64,000 bases of DNA from Takakia lepidozioides (Eukaryota > Plantae > Bryophyta): contig CM060732.1 in the NCBI GenBank assembly GCA_030704615.1, forward strand, positions 69,192,001-69,256,000, read 5' to 3'. Under the pieces are notes generated by a model, which saw nothing but the letters and a program-made list of their open reading frames with translations, ran no database searches and was not told the DNA's origin. Positions 60,739-64,000 of this stretch are shown here, one piece after another. The position numbers and the translations under genes are program-made. The first letter of the stretch is position 1; each line of letters begins with the position of its first letter.

Positions 60739-63700
60739 TTTCCTCCCCCACGCTCCAAGGTTGATGTCCCCATCAACGCTTCTTCCGCTTTTGAGGTCGC
60801 CCTTCGAACGCTGCAACTGCCTCGGATGCGTTCCCATTTCTGAGGCACGCACCCAAGATGCCTCCACAAGATGATAGCCCTTCCATTTGACGAGATACTC
60901 CGTTTCTCGGTTCTTGAACCTCCTCGACTTAAGTATTGCCTCCACCTCGTACTCGGGTTCATTTTCATGATCCAACAGCATAGGTGGCGGACGCAACACT
61001 TGCTGCCGATTCGGACGTGCTTCATCTTTGAAGTAAGGCTTCAAAAGGGAGACATGGAATACTGGGTGCACCTTGCTGTTTGCTGGCAGCTCCAATTCAT
61101 ACACATCCTCATTCATAACCCTCCGAATGCGAAAGGGACCCGCATACGGAGGTACGAACTTCGGACTCATTTCCGGAGGTAGTCGAAAATTCTTGATGTT
61201 CAACCAGACCTCTGTGCCTGCCTCAAACTTCACTTCCCTCCGCTTCCGATTCGCCTGCCTTTCATACCGTTTCCTAGCTTTGGCAATGTTGTACTTTGCG
61301 AGCTTCAACAAACGCTCGCGTTCTTCCAGTACCGCCGCTACTGCCGGTTCCTCAACGTCCTGGGCGGCCCAACTTGTCGGCACCAGAGGTGCTTTTCCAT
61401 AGACCAACACAAAAGGGGAAACTCCCGTCGCGGAGTGTTCTGTGTTATTATAAAGAACTCTGCCGCGTCTAAGTGTTCCATCCAGTCTGATTGGTCTGCC
61501 GACACGTAATTCCGCAAGAATTGCTTCACTACGGAATTCACTCTTTCCGTTTGGCCGTCCGTCGTAGGTCGGAAGGCGGTGCTCATCTTCAGCCTCGTCC
61601 CCATCTTCTTCCAAAGTGCTCTCCAGAATTTACTCGTAAACTTTGGATCGCGGTCCGAGACAATATCCTTCGGGACTCCATGATGCTTTAAGACGTGGGC
61701 GAAGTAAAGTCGCCCTGTCTCCTGCGCGTTGCCGTCTCCTTGGTGGGGATGAAATGGGCCATTTTACTGAACCTATCTACCACCACCATGATTGCATCGA
61801 ATCCTTTTGACAGCGGCATAGCAGTCATGAAATCCATCGAGACGCTTTCCCAAGTCCCCTCTGGAATCGGCAAGGGTTGTAACAGCCCCGCTTGCTTTTT
61901 ATACTCGCTCCGGTTTTGTTGGCATGTGGTGCATGTCTTGACATACTCCTCTGCCTCCTCCCTCAGTTTGGGCCAGAAATACTCTTTCTTCAAGAGTGCC
62001 GCAGTGCGCTTGGCTCCACCGTGGCCCGCAAGCGGGCTATCATGGCATTCTCTCAAGAGACTATCCCTGATCCCTCCCTTTGGCACATAGAGACGTTTTT
62101 GCTTATACCGGAGCAGTCCGTTTTGCAAGTGGAACTGCGATTTAACCCCCATTCTCAAGTTCTGCATCACGCACTTTGCCAGCTCATCCTTCCGGCAAGC
62201 CTTCCGGATCTTCCTTTGGAGCGCCGTCTCGCCCTTGTACACCAACAAGAGCTGCTGCTTTCTACTTAAAGCATCGGCCACCACATTGTCCCGTCCCGGT
62301 TTGTACTGGATATCCACGTCGAACACTGCCAAAGTATCTTGCCACCTAAGTTGTTTTGGGGACAACTTGGGCTGCGTGGCAAAATACTTCACCGTGACAT
62401 TGTCCGTGAACACCTTCACTGGGTTGGAACCAACATAGTGGCGCCAGAGTTCAAGGCAATGTACCACCGCCTTCATCTCTTTTTCGTGCGTCGGCCACCG
62501 TCGCTCCACTTCATTCAGTTTCTTACTTTCGTAAGCCACTGGACGTCCATCTTGCATAAGTACACCCCCAATTGCGAAGTCCGATGCATCTGTATGAATC
62601 TCAAACGGACGATCGAACTCCGGGATTTTTAAGACTGGAGCTTCCGTCATCCGCTGCTTCAATTCAGCAAAAGCTTGGCCACAAAATGTGTTCCATACCC
62701 AGACTTTGGATTTACACAGAAGGTCCGACAGCGGCCCCGCGATCTTGGCGAAATTTCTCACATACTTCCGGTAATAGGAGGCGAGTCCTAGGAAGGATCG
62801 CACTCCCGGGACCGAAGTCGGAGGCTCCCAGTCCAAGATCGCCCTCACCTTTCTGTCATCCATTTTGATCCCATCCTGTGTAATCACGTGCCCCAAGAAC
62901 TCCACTTTTGTGACCCCGAATTCGCACTTTGAAGCTTTGGCATACAGCTTCCCTTCTCGCAATTTTGGAACACCCTTTTGAGGTGCTCCAGGTGCTCCTC
63001 CTTTGTTTTCGAGTACACCAAGATGTCGTCGATGTACACGATCACAAAGTCATCCAACCACTCCTGGAAAAGGCTGTTCATCAGCGTGCTAAATGTCGCT
63101 GGTGCATTGGTGAGCCCAAAAGGCATCACCAAGAACTCATATGAACCATACCTTGTCCTGCACGCGGTCTTCTCCTCATCTCCTTCCGCCACCCGAATTT
63201 GTGATAGCCGGAGCGCAAGTCGATCCGGCTGAAATACTTCGCTCCTGCCAACCGATCGAAGAGGTCGTCGATCCTTGGCAAAGGGTACCGGTTTTTGATA
63301 GTCACCTTATTCAGAGCCCTGTAATCGACACACATCCGCAGCGTCCCATCCTTCTTGTCTGCAAATAGCACCGGGGCTCCGTAAGGTGACTTACTCGGCC
63401 GGATGTACCCCTTTGACATTAGATCTTGAGCTGAGTCTTCAGCTCGACCAACTCTTTGTGGCTCAACCGGTAGGGCGCCTTGGCAGGCGGTTCCGATCCC
63501 GGTATCACCTCAATTTTGTGGTCAACTCCTCTTCGCGGTGGCAAGCCGCTTGGTAAATCCTCCGGCATCACATCCTGGTATTTCTCCAAAATCCCCTTGA
63601 TCCAATCTGGGCTCGGCTCCCCATCGCCTTCTCCTTTCACTTCTCTAATGTAAAGCAAAAACTGGGACTCGTGTGTCTCCTCCACGGCCCACTCCTTTGC

Positions 63701-63985
63701 TGATAGAAGGTTTATTCGCCCTCCCACGGATTTGGGCGTTTCCGACACTCGTAAAACCTCGCCACCATTCCCACATGGCAGCGTGACTACTCTCTTGCGG
63801 CCATCTATGACCGCTCCGGATTTGCTCAAAAAGGTCATTCCCAAAATGAGATCCACTCCATCGATCTCGCAGATAGTGAAGTTCTCACGTCCCTCCCAAC
63901 TCCCCAGTTGAGGAACATCAAACGCCAACCTTGTCGCCAACTGAGGTTCTCCTTTGGCAGAGCGCACCTCAATAGAGGCCCCCAC
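60718..63985 (-). CDS. pol: Pol polyprotein (frameshifted): protease end, RT, RNase H, integrase, GPY/F, chromodomain
   Basis: DLILG; [10 protein letters not shown]; YIDDIL; TDASD; [13 protein letters not shown]; SMDF; TDGQTER; YAGPF; [19 protein letters not shown]...ASW. Confidence 0.92.
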
Positions 63986-64000
63986 GTCACTTGTCGGGGA

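Larger units (their letters stand above)
59145..64000 (-). mobile_element. Ty3/Gypsy chromovirus, 3' part (continues beyond the window)
   Basis: PR-RT-RH-INT-chromodomain on the minus strand, PPT GGAGCGTGGGGGAGGA near 60741-60756, then about 1.6 kb of terminal sequence. Confidence 0.92.

Overview
Eukaryotic nuclear DNA from a land plant, probably a non-seed, bryophyte-like lineage (inferred from the intron-rich housekeeping genes, the PLS-DYW editing factor and the transposon types). 1-13 kb is an ordinary gene island: cytosolic aspartyl-tRNA synthetase (+), a TTC1-like TPR protein (-) and an LSm-fold NAA38-like gene (+), with tRNA-derived SINEs. 14.7-39 kb is one 24.2-kb Mutator-like element (about 280-bp TIRs, 9-bp TSD) carrying a MULE/SWIM transposase and a convergent Ulp1-like protease gene. 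The best candidate for a new system is nested in that protease gene: an 11.4-kb Ty3/Gypsy retrotransposon (19599-30965). It encodes a DNMT3-type cytosine methyltransferase between protease and RT and a PHD finger after integrase. Its primer site is not tRNA-like and is complementary to its own LTR. It is integrated in a circularly permuted form (A-internal-B.A-B), as if a 2-LTR circle had been opened by integrase at an internal palindrome, GACA-GC-TGTC, leaving a 4-bp TSD. The rest of the window holds a truncated second MULE copy, an intact PPR-DYW gene built of near-identical 303-bp triplets plus an inverted pseudogene copy, a hAT-type element inserted in a SINE B-box, LINE relics, and the 3' part of a chromodomain-bearing Gypsy element. 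Boundaries and motifs were read by eye; no searches were run.
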